A stretch of DNA of 63,136 nucleotides, the filler included. It is 4 parts of 4 records of this genome, joined end to end, with 100 filler letters (N's around TTAATTAATTAA, not from the genome) between each part and the next. Parts side by side here need not be neighbours in the genome. Positions count along the whole stretch, not along the records: positions 21,579 to 51,664 come from SRR20825010_647; 3 more parts are not named here. One strand, 5' to 3'. Under the pieces are notes generated by a model that saw only the letters and a program-made list of their open reading frames with translations, made no database searches and was not told where the DNA came from. Of this stretch, positions 21,630 to 32,304 are shown piece after piece (the stretch's first letter is position 1; every line of letters starts with the position of its first letter). The position numbers were made by a program, and so were the translations under genes.

Positions 21630-22915
21630 GGCAAGTTTCCGGATATCGTTAATAATTCCACTTTCATTTTTTCAATTTCAATTTGGTGAAGCTTCAAATT
21701 GAGCTCCGCCTGTGCTTTATCATTCAGATCGGTTAGTAGGTCAGAGGAGGAGATCACGCCCAATTCAAATTGTTTGTCGGCTTCTTTCGTGATGGCTTCT
21801 TGCATTCGAAGAATTTGCTTGTCCAATTCCATAATGGCTTTCATTTGGTCTATTTCTGCTTGTTTTTTGGTGATATCATTGTTAATCACCCGGATGAAAT
21901 TGTCCTGCTCGGCACCTACTATTTGTTGATTTACCATCAGGATTTTTCGTTGGTTTTTGCTTTGGCCCCAATCCAGACCCCATGATAATTTGGCTCCTAC
22001 CATATAATAGGTATTCCAGTCGGTTTCATAAAAATTAAACGGGTTTGGTTGGGCAAATCCCGCATTGACAAATCCAAATAGCTTCGGGCTATTGGCGATG
22101 GATGTAAGCTTGGCCATAGCTTCTAGTTTTTCATTTTGACTTTCAAAAAGCATAAGCTCAGGTCGATTTAGGGGCAGTTCAATTTGATTAGAAATAGACT
22201 CGGGAAGTGTGAGTTGATCCTCCGAAATCTGTCTGCCTGTCCAATTACCCAGAAGGATCAAAAAAGTGGAACGGGAAGACCGTACGAGAATGAGTTGTTG
22301 TTGCGTTTTTAGTTTTTCTTTTAGAAGCCTATTTAACTCACTGTTGAGCAACACTCCATTTTTTACTCCAGATTCTGCAGTTTTGATTTTGTTGTCAAAC
22401 TCTCCCAGAAGGTTGATCAATAGCTCTTCCTGTTGCTGAAGTTTCAGGCTCCCAAAATACAGTTCATTGATAATTCCTCTGATCTGATAAAGAGAAATTT
22501 CAAGCTCACTTTGCCTTACTTGTTTATCCATCGTTTCCACGGCTTTGGTGGCACTCACCGTTCCTCCATCGTAGATTCTTTGATTGAGTTTGAAAGCAAC
22601 ACTGTATTGATCTTTAGGAATATTTGGAAAATCCACACCAGGCAGAGTTGTGGGTAGACTAAATACGTCCGACTGATAGCTTGCCGTAGCTTCCAGTGTC
22701 AGGCTGGGATAGTTTCTGGCGGTCTGAATCAGTTGATTGAGTTCATCAATGGTGTTGAAGTAGTTTTCCTTTTGCTTCAATGGACTCAATTCGATGGCCA
22801 TCTCATAGCAATTGTAGATGTCCAGTTTTTGCGCTGTGGTAGGTTGTAGGCACATCAATCCGATGGGGAATAGAAGTGCTTTAATTAAATGGTTTAACCT
22901 TTTGGTTAAATTCAT
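21626..22915 (-). CDS. TolC family outer membrane efflux protein
   Basis: Signal peptide, YPSL, LNQRIYDGG, LNRPEL, VGAKLSW; downstream of TetR. Confidence 0.9.
   Translation of the reverse strand: MNLTKRLNHLIKALLFPIGLMCLQPTTAQKLDIYNCYEMAIELSPLKQKENYFNTIDELNQLIQTARNYPSLTLEATASYQSDVFSLPTTLPGVDFPNIPKDQYSVAFKLNQRIYDGGTVSATKAVETMDKQVRQSELEISLYQIRGIINELYFGSLKLQQQEELLINLLGEFDNKIKTAESGVKNGVLLNSELNRLLKEKLKTQQQLILVRSSRSTFLILLGNWTGRQISEDQLTLPESISNQIELPLNRPELMLFESQNEKLEAMAKLTSIANSPKLFGFVNAGFAQPNPFNFYETDWNTYYMVGAKLSWGLDWGQSKNQRKILMVNQQIVGAEQDNFIRVINNDITKKQAEIDQMKAIMELDKQILRMQEAITKEADKQFELGVISSSDLLTDLNDKAQAELNLKLHQIEIEKMKVELLTISGNLP
22880..22910. promoter_or_regulatory. Two overlapping TetR-operator-like sites inside the TolC 5' coding region
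   Basis: TTTAATTAAATGGTTTAA (22880-22897) and TTTAACCTTTTGGTTAAA (22893-22910) resemble the palindrome upstream of tetR. Confidence 0.55.
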
Positions 22916-22926
22916 GGTAAATTTTT

Positions 22927-23535
22927 TTAAGGTCTCAATGCATTCATTATAAATTTGGGAACTTCGGTCTTTCTGGCTTCCATGATCTTTTGGAACGCTT
23001 CATCAGGAACACCGAAAATTCCCGTGAACATATGGCCCGCGGCAAATGGAAAGACCATCATGGACACAAAGTTGAGCATCAGCTGGGGAGCAGTTATAGG
23101 GCGAATGTTTCCTTTGGCAACTTCCTCATCTATTTGTTTTTGGATCACCGACAGGTCAATTAAATGATCAATGTTGAGCGTTTTAATCAATTTCTCAGGG
23201 CCTCTTCTGAGTTCTGTTAGTATGAAAAGGGGCATTTCCCGATGTTGAGTTAGGAAATCAATGTACTTATCAGCCATTTGATAGATTTTGGTTTCCAATG
23301 GCAGATCGCTGGTGAATAGTGTGAGCATTTTTGGGATGAAGTGCTTGATGATTCCTTCAAAAACAGCCTTGAATAGCAACTCCTTGCTGCGATAATAATA
23401 ATGAAGCAACGCTTTGTTGATACCTGCTTTGTCAGCAATCTCTTGCATGCGAGCACCTGCCATACCTTTCTGAACGAACACTTCATGTGCTGCATCTTTG
23501 ATCTTTTGCTCTGCGGATTCTTGTGTCATCTCCAC
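22927..23535 (-). CDS. TetR/AcrR family transcriptional regulator
   Basis: IKDAAHEVFVQKGMAGARMQEIADKAGINKALLHYYYRSKELLF HTH; ATG at 23529 is an alternative start. Confidence 0.95.
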   Translation of the reverse strand: MEMTQESAEQKIKDAAHEVFVQKGMAGARMQEIADKAGINKALLHYYYRSKELLFKAVFEGIIKHFIPKMLTLFTSDLPLETKIYQMADKYIDFLTQHREMPLFILTELRRGPEKLIKTLNIDHLIDLSVIQKQIDEEVAKGNIRPITAPQLMLNFVSMMVFPFAAGHMFTGIFGVPDEAFQKIMEARKTEVPKFIMNALRP

Positions 23536-23546
23536 AAGTTTACGGA

Positions 23547-23568
23547 TATTTAACCAAATGGTTAAATA
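23547..23568. promoter_or_regulatory. TetR operator (perfect inverted repeat)
   Basis: TATTTAACCA-AA-TGGTTAAATA, 10-bp arms, just upstream of tetR and next to a TAAACTTG (-7-like) element on the minus strand. Confidence 0.75.
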
Positions 23569-23737
23569 AATTTTATAAAAACTTGCTTTAAGAATTTCGA
23601 GAGAGTTTATCCCTTGATTTTTGAGGGATACCTTTATCTTAAGAATTTCCCGAGGTTCTGCTTCCTGGCATCTATAAAACCGACATTCTCGCGGAAGCGG
23701 GGATCGAATTACAAAAATTTATTGAATTTTTTTAAGC

Positions 23738-24826
23738 TTACCTCAAACTCACACCAATCCCCATCGAGAGGGTATTGTATTTCTGCAAAGTATATGAGCC
23801 ATGAAAGGTTATCACGGCAAACTTGAGCTGCGCGCCAATGGTCGTTCGCATGCCACCGGCACTGTCAAAGCTGGAACTAATCGGGTCTTTAATCTCCGAT
23901 GTATTTCCATTTACGGTATAGGTATAGTCTCCTTTCACGTCCAGATTGCTTTTCACAGCGTTGAAACCCACGGCAAGATATGGTGTGAAGAAAAGTAACT
24001 TCTTCGAAACGATGGCTTGAACAGTGGTAGCATTGGTCTGAAAAATGGCCTCACCTTCTCCTTCAAAAGTAGAAGTTCCCAGCCCGCCACTATTGTCCAC
24101 GAGCACATCAATGGCATATTCCATAGTCAGTCGCGAGGTAGCGAAAAATGCGGACAGGTCGAAGGGAAGGGCCTTGATGCCAGGAATCCACTGTTTCACA
24201 TCGTGCATCACACCAAATCCGTAAAGTTTTGTTTTGAAATCCCCGAAGGTGAGTTCGGGCATTACTCTCAGTTTCAGGTCTGTGCTTTTAGGCAAACCAA
24301 TCCCAATGTTGTAGGTAGGGGCCGGTGTTGCCGCAAAGGGCACTTTATCTAGATTGATCACACCATTAGGCACCTCAAAGCGTGACTCACCCGGCACAGT
24401 TATGGCAGGAACACCTGGGTAGCTGGCTTCTCCGGTGAAGACCAATTCAGAGCCTGATTGCGCATTTCCTCCAACCAATGTAGGTAGGATGCCATCATCA
24501 TCTCCCTCCAGTGTCAGGTCTGTATAATTGGCCGGATCGAAAGTGAATGATTGATCTGTGGAAGGAATCACTGAAAAACTTGGGGATATGGTAATGTTGA
24601 ATCCTAAAACTCCATGTGGTTTAGCCGTGTTGTACCAGCCATCGGCCATCCCATTTCCAAAGGCATTGATCGCGGGAGACGCATAACTTTCCAGGTAGGT
24701 TTCTGCATTTGCTGCTCCGGTCGATAGGATGTCGCCAAAACTCTGTGCACTCGCCAAATTTCCGACAAAGAATAGGGAGGTAAATAGGAAAGTTTGAGAT
24801 GCTTGTTTTAATGGATTCATGGGCAT
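23738..24826 (-). CDS. Bacteroidota outer-membrane beta-barrel-like protein (DUF6588-like)
   Basis: Signal peptide, GWYNTAKPH..LGF, IGIGLPKSTDLKLR, GFGVMHDVKQWIP, amphipathic C-terminal strand. Confidence 0.7.
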   Translation of the reverse strand: MPMNPLKQASQTFLFTSLFFVGNLASAQSFGDILSTGAANAETYLESYASPAINAFGNGMADGWYNTAKPHGVLGFNITISPSFSVIPSTDQSFTFDPANYTDLTLEGDDDGILPTLVGGNAQSGSELVFTGEASYPGVPAITVPGESRFEVPNGVINLDKVPFAATPAPTYNIGIGLPKSTDLKLRVMPELTFGDFKTKLYGFGVMHDVKQWIPGIKALPFDLSAFFATSRLTMEYAIDVLVDNSGGLGTSTFEGEGEAIFQTNATTVQAIVSKKLLFFTPYLAVGFNAVKSNLDVKGDYTYTVNGNTSEIKDPISSSFDSAGGMRTTIGAQLKFAVITFHGSYTLQKYNTLSMGIGVSLR

Positions 24827-24842
24827 TATTTAAGATGAGCCC

Positions 24843-24954
24843 CTAAGGTAAAAATTTTAAACCGCTTAAAAACAAAGGTTGGAGTGAAAATAGTGGGTGT
24901 AAATTGAAATATATTTAGTGTGAATTGGATTTTATCAATCGTAAATGTGAATTG
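24843..24954 (-). promoter_or_regulatory. Bacteroidota-type promoter with 21-bp-spaced direct repeats
   Basis: Minus strand has TACCTTAG (-7-like, 24843-24850) and TTTG (24873-24876). Plus-strand repeats TGTAAATTG (24898), TGTGAATTG (24919), CGTAAATGT (24940). Confidence 0.5.
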
Positions 24955-25115
24955 AACAAGAGTGGATAGGATTTTTTTAGTGTAGGGATGACTTTCAGGG
25001 CATTTGAAGTGCACTGAACGAATGTAAATGTTCATTGATTGCGATCAATTTGTGCTCTTTCAGGATGGTGACTAAAATGAATGCCTATTTGGTCAAAAAT
25101 AAGCCGGTCTTCCTT

Positions 25116-25784
25116 CTATTGGGTAATGGTCACTTCAATTTTTTTGGATGCATACGTCCCTGTAAGGTCACCCTTTCGTGGGCCTTCTTGTAAGTCAGAT
25201 TTTTTGCTTCTTGAAAGTTGCAATGTCGCATCGCCCAAAAATCCATTACCTAGTGTTCCTGCACCCAAAAGGATGCTTTTTCCTCCTGTGTTGTCCTGGT
25301 TAATGCTGTGGTAGTTGTCTCCCTGCCGGATTTCCAAATTGAGTGATTCCCCCTCGCCAATGGCGTCTCCCAGCCAGGTGATCAATAAATCCTGTGAAAT
25401 CGAAAAGGTGGTTATAGTGGAAGGCAATTGTATTTCAGATGGAATAGAAACGACATTCGTGTAGGTGTTGCTATCGTGATCTCTATATTCAAACGTGATG
25501 GACGACTCGTAACCGGAGAAGGTTTTGGCATAGCCGACGATACCGACTATTTCCGTTTTTTTCATCGTTTCATCATTTGCAGTGACCTGCGCCGGGGATT
25601 GGAGCTTCAGGGGTGTGGAGCCAAACCAGAAAGATGCGTAAGCCTCTAATTTGTCGCTATTGTTGTTGTATGTCGCGATGTAGTTGGTATTTATCCGGTC
25701 CTGATTTACATCCGAAGATGGTTCAGGGTCACAACTCATGATGAAGGGGAGAGATATTATCAGGGTGAGGAGGATGTATTTCAT
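25116..25784 (-). CDS. Hypothetical lipoprotein
   Basis: MKYILLTLIISLPFIMSC lipobox; beta-rich, S/T-rich mature part. Confidence 0.75.
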   Translation of the reverse strand: MKYILLTLIISLPFIMSCDPEPSSDVNQDRINTNYIATYNNNSDKLEAYASFWFGSTPLKLQSPAQVTANDETMKKTEIVGIVGYAKTFSGYESSITFEYRDHDSNTYTNVVSIPSEIQLPSTITTFSISQDLLITWLGDAIGEGESLNLEIRQGDNYHSINQDNTGGKSILLGAGTLGNGFLGDATLQLSRSKKSDLQEGPRKGDLTGTYASKKIEVTITQ

Positions 25785-25850
25785 GGTTTTGTTTTTGAGG
25801 GACCCAGCTAGGACACCAATAAACCAAATTTCGTGGGAATTGGGAAAAAT

Positions 25851-25881
25851 AAAAAATCCGATCCCATGGCGGGGATCGGAT
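25851..25881 (-). terminator. Rho-independent terminator of the M16 peptidase gene
   Basis: ATCCGATCCC/GGGATCGGAT 10-bp stem followed by a T-run on the minus strand. Confidence 0.8.
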
Positions 25882-25907
25882 CCTTCAACAAATCAGCATT
25901 TGATAAT

Positions 25908-28862
25908 TTATTGAATGTTGACAGGTTCAGAATCTTCGTAACCGAAGATTTCCTCCAGACTCAATTCTTTCACCTCGCCGTATTTTTTCAAATCTTTAAA
26001 ATCAATTTTATCCTTGGAGCCAACCAACACCGTGGTGTATTTTTTGTCTTTGATATATTGCTGCTGAAAAGCTTTTAGATCTTCAAAAGTCATTGTTTTC
26101 ACCTGGTCATAAACGTCTTTTCGAAGGTCGTAATCTACACCTGCATCCTGTGCTCCGATATAATCCCAAAGTACATCAGCACGGGTAACCCGTTCACTCT
26201 CAATCTTATTTAAAATCGCTTCTTGAGCAATGGAAAAGGCGGTTTCTGATTCGGGGAAATCATTAAGTAGATTTATCATGGCTTTCATTGCTTCGGGTTG
26301 CTTGTCTGCCTGCGCTCCTAAGTAGGAAAATAAAAAATCAGACTTATCTGTATCACCGGTTTGAATGTAGGCTGAGTATACTGAATAGGCCAGCCCTTGT
26401 GCTTCGCGTATTTCCTGAAATACAATGCTGTTCATCGTCCCACCAAAATATTCATTAAACATCTGCACTTTTGGCTCAATGCTCGCCGTGTATTTCTGGC
26501 CATTGTTCAAAAGAACGATCTCACTTTGAGCCATTTCATAATCTACCCAATATACTTTCGGGACTTCTGTATTTATTTCTTCGAAAACCACCTTCTCAGG
26601 AAGTGGCATCAATGTGTCAGGTATGTTGTGATACTTGGAGATAAATGTGATCAGCTCCGATTCGTTTCGTGGGCCGTAATAAAGAATCCGATGTGGCAAG
26701 GCAGGAATATTTTTAATTTCTGCTACTAATGATTCCGCTTCAAGGTTGGTTAAATCTGCATTGGACAGTACATTGGTGAATGGGTTTTCTGCTCCAAACC
26801 GGGCATAGTTAACCAAACCACTCATTAGTATTTGCTGTTTGTTTTTCTTGGCATTGGCACGAGCTTGCAATTTTCTGTCCACCAACTTATCCAGAGCATC
26901 CTGGTCCGCAAGCGGATTCAAAAATAATTGCTCGAAAAGTGCTGTAGATGCTTCCATGTTTTCATCCAATCCACTCAAAACCACATAGGTTCTTTCTTTT
27001 GAACTATTGACCGTAAAATCGCACCCGAGTTTATAGAGTTCTTTTTTGAAATCTTCCGCATTGAGATCGCCCGTTCCAATGTACTCCATGTACTGAACGG
27101 CCTGAGCCAATTTAGGACTTTCGTTGCTTCCAATATCCAAAAGATATATCAAACTGAAGAGTTCATTCTCATTGTTGATCTTTGATAAAACCTCAATGCC
27201 TTTAACTTCTGATTTTGTGATGTCTTTTTCATAGTCAACATACACAGGCTGCAGCTTTTCCACCTTTTTGGCCAGTAAGGCTGCCTGAAAATCTGAAATC
27301 TCATCCCTGTTAACAGGTAACTTGGTGATTTGAGGTTTTGCTACTTGTTGTTTGTTTGGATCTTCGCCTACACGCTTATAGCTCACTACATAATTCGTAG
27401 TGAAGTATTTATTAGCGAAAGCAACTACCTGATCCTTGGTGATTTGCTCCATCTTATCCAGGTCTTGAATGTAATCAGCCCAGGTCATGTCGTTGGTAAA
27501 GGCCATCACCATATCGTTGGCACGCGAGCTGTTGTCTTCCAGGTCTTTCATTTTACCCTTTTTGAAATCAGCAATAACCGCGGGAATCAACCAATCCTCA
27601 AAGTCCCCTTTTTTCAACAATTCTATCTGACCAAGCAAGAGATCCCTTACCTCATCCAGCGTTTGGTTTTGCTTTGGAGTGGCGTCCATATTTAGTACGC
27701 TATAGTCTTTGTTATTCCATGGGTCACAGCCAGCATCAAGTACTTTTTGTTGCTGCACCAGATTTAAATCAATCAAACCGGCGCTCGAGTTATTCAGAAT
27801 CATACTTATTAGCGACATATATCTATGCTCATCGCTTCCAAATCCACCAAATCGGTAGCTTACCCAAACGCTCTCAGAGCTTGGTCCAAAAACGTCCACT
27901 TCTCTGGGTTCTGTAATCGGATCTTCTGTCGGATACGTCCACTCGGGAAGTGATTCGTTTGATTTCCAATCCCCGAAATAATCGTTGATAGCTGCTATGG
28001 TGGTGTCAAAATCTAAATCACCGCTGATACAGATGGCCACATTGTTGGGTTTGTAATAGGTATCGAAAAATTGCTTAATTGCCGTGATAGAAGGGTTCTT
28101 GAGGTGCTCTATCGTACCAATTCCCATTTGGGTGCCATAGGTGTGTTTTTTGAAAAGAGCGCCAAGTGTTGCTTCGAACATTTTACGGCCGTCGCTATCC
28201 AATCCACGGTTCTTTTCTTCATAAACGGCTTCCAGTTCTGTATGGAAGAGCCGATTGGTTATTGTCTTGAAGCGATTTCCTTCCAGCTCCAGATATCGGG
28301 ACATTTCGTTTGCAGGCACGTCATTCGTATAAACGGTTCGATCGCTTGCAGTATAGGCATTTGTGCCTTTTGCACCCAATGCGGATACCATTTTGTCATA
28401 TTCATTGGGTATTGCAAATTTTGCTGCTTCGTTAGATACTTTGTCAATGAGCGCATAGTATGCCGTCCTTTCAACGGGATCGGTCAGCGTGCTATAGTAT
28501 TCAAACATATTTTCAATACTGTCCAAAAGTGGCTTTTCGGATTCATAATCCAGGGTTCCGAAATCTTTGGTTCCCTTAAACATCATGTGTTCAAGATAAT
28601 GGGCTAACCCGGTGTTGCTTGCAGGATCATTTTTGGCTCCTGCCTTTACAGCTATGAAAACCTGAGCGCGAGGTTCGTTTTTATAATCACTTAGATAAAC
28701 TTTCAACCCGTTATCGAGCGTGTAAATCCGGGTTTTCATGGGGTCACCGACCACCGTTTCGTACGTGTATCCGTTTTCTGTTACGGTTTTGGTTTCAAAT
28801 GGCTTTTCGCCACCGCAGGAGATAAGGAGTAGGAGTGAGAGTAGGGCTGCAAAGTTCTTCAT
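25908..28862 (-). CDS. M16 family (insulinase/pitrilysin-like) zinc peptidase, lipoprotein
   Basis: Lipobox LISC, TLDNGLKV, TGLAHYLEHMMFKG (HxxEH), ELEAVYEE, FQEIREAQGLAYS. Confidence 0.93.
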   Translation of the reverse strand: MKNFAALLSLLLLISCGGEKPFETKTVTENGYTYETVVGDPMKTRIYTLDNGLKVYLSDYKNEPRAQVFIAVKAGAKNDPASNTGLAHYLEHMMFKGTKDFGTLDYESEKPLLDSIENMFEYYSTLTDPVERTAYYALIDKVSNEAAKFAIPNEYDKMVSALGAKGTNAYTASDRTVYTNDVPANEMSRYLELEGNRFKTITNRLFHTELEAVYEEKNRGLDSDGRKMFEATLGALFKKHTYGTQMGIGTIEHLKNPSITAIKQFFDTYYKPNNVAICISGDLDFDTTIAAINDYFGDWKSNESLPEWTYPTEDPITEPREVDVFGPSSESVWVSYRFGGFGSDEHRYMSLISMILNNSSAGLIDLNLVQQQKVLDAGCDPWNNKDYSVLNMDATPKQNQTLDEVRDLLLGQIELLKKGDFEDWLIPAVIADFKKGKMKDLEDNSSRANDMVMAFTNDMTWADYIQDLDKMEQITKDQVVAFANKYFTTNYVVSYKRVGEDPNKQQVAKPQITKLPVNRDEISDFQAALLAKKVEKLQPVYVDYEKDITKSEVKGIEVLSKINNENELFSLIYLLDIGSNESPKLAQAVQYMEYIGTGDLNAEDFKKELYKLGCDFTVNSSKERTYVVLSGLDENMEASTALFEQLFLNPLADQDALDKLVDRKLQARANAKKNKQQILMSGLVNYARFGAENPFTNVLSNADLTNLEAESLVAEIKNIPALPHRILYYGPRNESELITFISKYHNIPDTLMPLPEKVVFEEINTEVPKVYWVDYEMAQSEIVLLNNGQKYTASIEPKVQMFNEYFGGTMNSIVFQEIREAQGLAYSVYSAYIQTGDTDKSDFLFSYLGAQADKQPEAMKAMINLLNDFPESETAFSIAQEAILNKIESERVTRADVLWDYIGAQDAGVDYDLRKDVYDQVKTMTFEDLKAFQQQYIKDKKYTTVLVGSKDKIDFKDLKKYGEVKELSLEEIFGYEDSEPVNIQ

Positions 28863-29122
28863 GGGGAATTATGAGATTGATTTTAGTATCCCACAATTTA
28901 AGCATGAACAAAGCTTAAATCAGTTTGGTATTACACGAATGGACATTCGGGGCGATCAGCCAAGCGTTTTTCTGCGGATTTGACGGTTTATTAAACAAAA
29001 TTTGGATTAAGAATGAAAATAAGATTCTTTATTCGGTGAAATTTGATAGGTTTCGTTTCAATCCATTTTTCAAATTAGATAACTTCGTGTCAAATTAGTT
29101 TATCAGAAATAAAGTATAGCAC

Positions 29123-31390
29123 ATGGCATTCGATATAGAAATGATCAAATCCGTCTACAAAACGATAGGCGAGCGGGTAAAAAAAGCAAAGGAAGTGACA
29201 GGAAAACCACTGACTCTTTCTGAAAAGATTTTGTATTCCCACCTTGCGCAGGGTACACCTTCGGAAGTTTACACACGAGGAGGCTCGTATGTGGATTTCG
29301 CCCCGGATCGTATCGCATGTCAGGATGCTACAGCTCAAATGGCGCTTTTGCAGTTTATGCAGGCCGGCAAGAGCAAAGTGGCTGTGCCCACCACGGTTCA
29401 CTGTGATCACCTGATCCAGGCCAAAATCGGTGCGGCTTCCGATCTTCAAAATGCATTAAACAGCAGCAACGAAGTTTTTAACTTCCTTGAGTCTGTTTCT
29501 GATAAGTACGGAATTGGTTTCTGGAAACCGGGTGCTGGTATTATACACCAGGTTGTGCTTGAGAACTACGCTTTCCCTGGTGGAATGATGATCGGAACGG
29601 ATTCACATACCGTAAATGCCGGTGGACTAGGTATGGTTGCTATCGGTGTTGGTGGAGCGGATGCTGTGGATGTAATGGCCGGTATGGCTTGGGAACTTAA
29701 ATTCCCTAAACTAATTGGTGTGAAACTTACCGGGAAACTAAACGGTTGGACTTCCCCGAAAGACGTAATCTTGAAAGTGGCAGGTATCCTTACCGTAAAA
29801 GGTGGTACAGGTGCCATTGTAGAATATTTTGGTGACGGTGCGACGAGCATGTCGTGCACAGGAAAAGGTACCATCTGCAACATGGGAGCGGAGATCGGTG
29901 CAACAACTTCAACTTTCGGTTACGACGAGTCGATGGAGCGATACCTGAGAGCAACGGATCGTAGCGATGTGGCTGATTTGGCAAATGAGGTAAAAGAACA
30001 TTTGACTGGTGATCCAGAAGTATATGCCAATCCTGAGAAATACTTTGATCAACTGATCGAAATTGATCTTTCTACACTTGAGCCACACGTAAACGGACCA
30101 TTCACTCCGGATTTGGCAACTCCTATTTCAAAATTGAGTGCCCTGGCCAAAAAGAACGACTGGCCGGAAAAAGTAGAGTGGGGTTTGATCGGATCATGTA
30201 CCAACTCTTCTTACGAAGATATTTCCAGAGCGGCTTCCATCGCGGAGCAGGCTTTGGCTAAGGGTTTGAAGCCTGTGGCTGAATTCGGGATCAACCCGGG
30301 ATCGGAGCAGGTGCGCTACACCATCGAGCGAGATGGATTTATCGACACCTTCGAAAAATTGGGAACCAAAGTATTTACCAACGCTTGTGGACCGTGTATC
30401 GGTCAGTGGGACAGAGCAGGTGCCGATAAAAAACTGAAAAACACGATCGTTCACTCGTTTAACAGAAACTTCTCGAAACGAGCGGATGGAAACCCAAATA
30501 CACACGCATTTGTGACTTCACCGGAAATGGTGGCGGCCATTGCGATTTCCGGTCGATTGGGATTCAACCCAATCACCGACACGCTGACCAACGACAAAGG
30601 GGAGCAGGTAAAGCTTGATCCACCGACAGGATGGGAACTGCCTCCAAAAGGTTTTGCGGTAGAAGATGCAGGATTTTTAGCACCGGCAGAAGACGGATCA
30701 GGTGTGACGATTAAAGTAAACCCGGATTCTCAACGACTACAGTTGCTTGAGCCCTTCCTGCCATGGGACGGTAAAAACATTACAGGTGCGAAGTTGCTGA
30801 TCAAGGCTTTTGGCAAGTGTACGACGGATCACATCTCTATGGCGGGTCCATGGTTGCGATTCAGAGGACATTTGGACAATATCTCCAACAACACCCTGAC
30901 AGGTGCGGTAAACGCTTTCAATCAGGAAACGGATAAGGTGAAAAACCAATTGACTGGCGAATACGGTGGCGTGCCGGATGTGCAGCGTGCATACAAGGCA
31001 GCCGGTGTGCCGACGATCGTAGTGGGCGACCACAACTACGGTGAAGGTTCATCAAGAGAGCATGCAGCGATGCAGCCTCGGTTCTTGGGTGTGAAAGCTG
31101 TATTGGTGAAATCATTTGCACGAATCCACGAGACCAACCTGAAAAAGCAGGGAATGTTGGCCTTGACTTTCGCAAATGAAGCGGACTATGACAAGATCCA
31201 GGAAGCAGATTCGTTTGACTTCACAGATTTGACTGAGTTTGCTCCAGGCAAGCAACTGACGATTGTAGCAAACCATGCGGATGGTACTTCGGACACCATC
31301 AAAGTGAATCATACCTACAACGAAGGTCAGATTGGCTGGTTCAAAGCCGGTTCTGCACTGAACCTGATTAAACTACAAAACAACTCCTAA
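29123..31390 (+). CDS. acnA: Aconitate hydratase (mitochondrial-type, as in Bacteroidota)
   Basis: [71 protein letters not shown]. Confidence 0.97.
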   Translation: MAFDIEMIKSVYKTIGERVKKAKEVTGKPLTLSEKILYSHLAQGTPSEVYTRGGSYVDFAPDRIACQDATAQMALLQFMQAGKSKVAVPTTVHCDHLIQAKIGAASDLQNALNSSNEVFNFLESVSDKYGIGFWKPGAGIIHQVVLENYAFPGGMMIGTDSHTVNAGGLGMVAIGVGGADAVDVMAGMAWELKFPKLIGVKLTGKLNGWTSPKDVILKVAGILTVKGGTGAIVEYFGDGATSMSCTGKGTICNMGAEIGATTSTFGYDESMERYLRATDRSDVADLANEVKEHLTGDPEVYANPEKYFDQLIEIDLSTLEPHVNGPFTPDLATPISKLSALAKKNDWPEKVEWGLIGSCTNSSYEDISRAASIAEQALAKGLKPVAEFGINPGSEQVRYTIERDGFIDTFEKLGTKVFTNACGPCIGQWDRAGADKKLKNTIVHSFNRNFSKRADGNPNTHAFVTSPEMVAAIAISGRLGFNPITDTLTNDKGEQVKLDPPTGWELPPKGFAVEDAGFLAPAEDGSGVTIKVNPDSQRLQLLEPFLPWDGKNITGAKLLIKAFGKCTTDHISMAGPWLRFRGHLDNISNNTLTGAVNAFNQETDKVKNQLTGEYGGVPDVQRAYKAAGVPTIVVGDHNYGEGSSREHAAMQPRFLGVKAVLVKSFARIHETNLKKQGMLALTFANEADYDKIQEADSFDFTDLTEFAPGKQLTIVANHADGTSDTIKVNHTYNEGQIGWFKAGSALNLIKLQNNS

Positions 31391-31414
31391 ATCGTATTAG
31401 GACTGACATAAGTG

Positions 31415-31445
31415 AAAGGCTGTTTCGAAAGAGGCAGCCTTTTTT
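31415..31445 (+). terminator. Rho-independent terminator after aconitase
   Basis: AAAGGCTGTTTC-GAAA-GAGGCAGCCTTT stem with GNRA loop and T-tail. Confidence 0.85.
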
Positions 31446-31516
31446 GTTGTAACGGGCTGTTGTGAATTGATGAAAGAATGCGTTAGTTTTAGAGATGCTT
31501 ATTTTTCCAAAAGAGC

Positions 31517-32203
31517 ATGCTGGAGATGAAATATATAGTAAAGTATGTATTCCCCTTAATCCTTTTTATTGGGTTGAACATGCTCGCAAGAGAGGTGCTT
31601 TTTGATGTTACACCCTTTTTGACTTCTGGTTTATTTCTTTATTATTTATTTCTTGACAATGAGGATACCAACTACCTAAAGCAGTTTGCTATTTCAATTT
31701 TTCTCTTACCAATACTTCAGGGCTTTTTGTCTTCAGGTTTGATCAGTACTACGTTTGGAATGCCGTTGGTTTATCTGGTGTCGGGTGCCACTATGGTATT
31801 CTATATTCTAAGGTTTTGGAAAAAAGCAAATCGATATTCATTATTTGAAATAATGAAAGTTGTAGCCGTTCTCGCATTTGTGTCGGCCTATTCTATTGAT
31901 ATTTCTCAGTTCAGTGCTGTAGCTACATTTTTGCTCGTTTACATTTATTTCATAACCCGTGTCTTTCAAACTCAAAATGTACCTCCTATGATTAAGAATA
32001 TATTTGTTTCACTCTTGGTTCTGGTAACCTTTTTTTTCATTGTTTACGCCCAATTGCAAAAAGGGTATGCAGAGGATGCTCTGATGGATTCAGAACAGCG
32101 ACTAAATACGATGTTGGCAGACGAAAATGAAAGACTGTCTGTGCTTGAGTCAAAGATTGACCTGCTGGAAACAAAGCTGTTGGAATGTCAGTCAGGGAAG
32201 TAG
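31517..32203 (+). CDS. Hypothetical polytopic membrane protein with C-terminal coiled coil
   Basis: Several hydrophobic segments then a charged heptad tail ending LLECQSGK; no family recognised. Confidence 0.65.
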   Translation: MLEMKYIVKYVFPLILFIGLNMLAREVLFDVTPFLTSGLFLYYLFLDNEDTNYLKQFAISIFLLPILQGFLSSGLISTTFGMPLVYLVSGATMVFYILRFWKKANRYSLFEIMKVVAVLAFVSAYSIDISQFSAVATFLLVYIYFITRVFQTQNVPPMIKNIFVSLLVLVTFFFIVYAQLQKGYAEDALMDSEQRLNTMLADENERLSVLESKIDLLETKLLECQSGK

Positions 32204-32304
32204 TAATCTTCTCCACAAATCCATTCTCCCTCACTCAGCTAAGCCTCGCGGCAGATCGGGGGCTCATCTTTTTACGCTCGGTCTAGCTAGGGCTGAACCC
32301 ATCA

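Noticed and set aside
22881..22888. TTAATTAA inside tolC as another linker
   Set aside because: No flanking Ns; it is part of a natural AT-rich operator-like site.
24826..25035. 69-aa ORF with QFT repeats
   Set aside because: Better explained as translation of the 21-bp-spaced promoter repeats.
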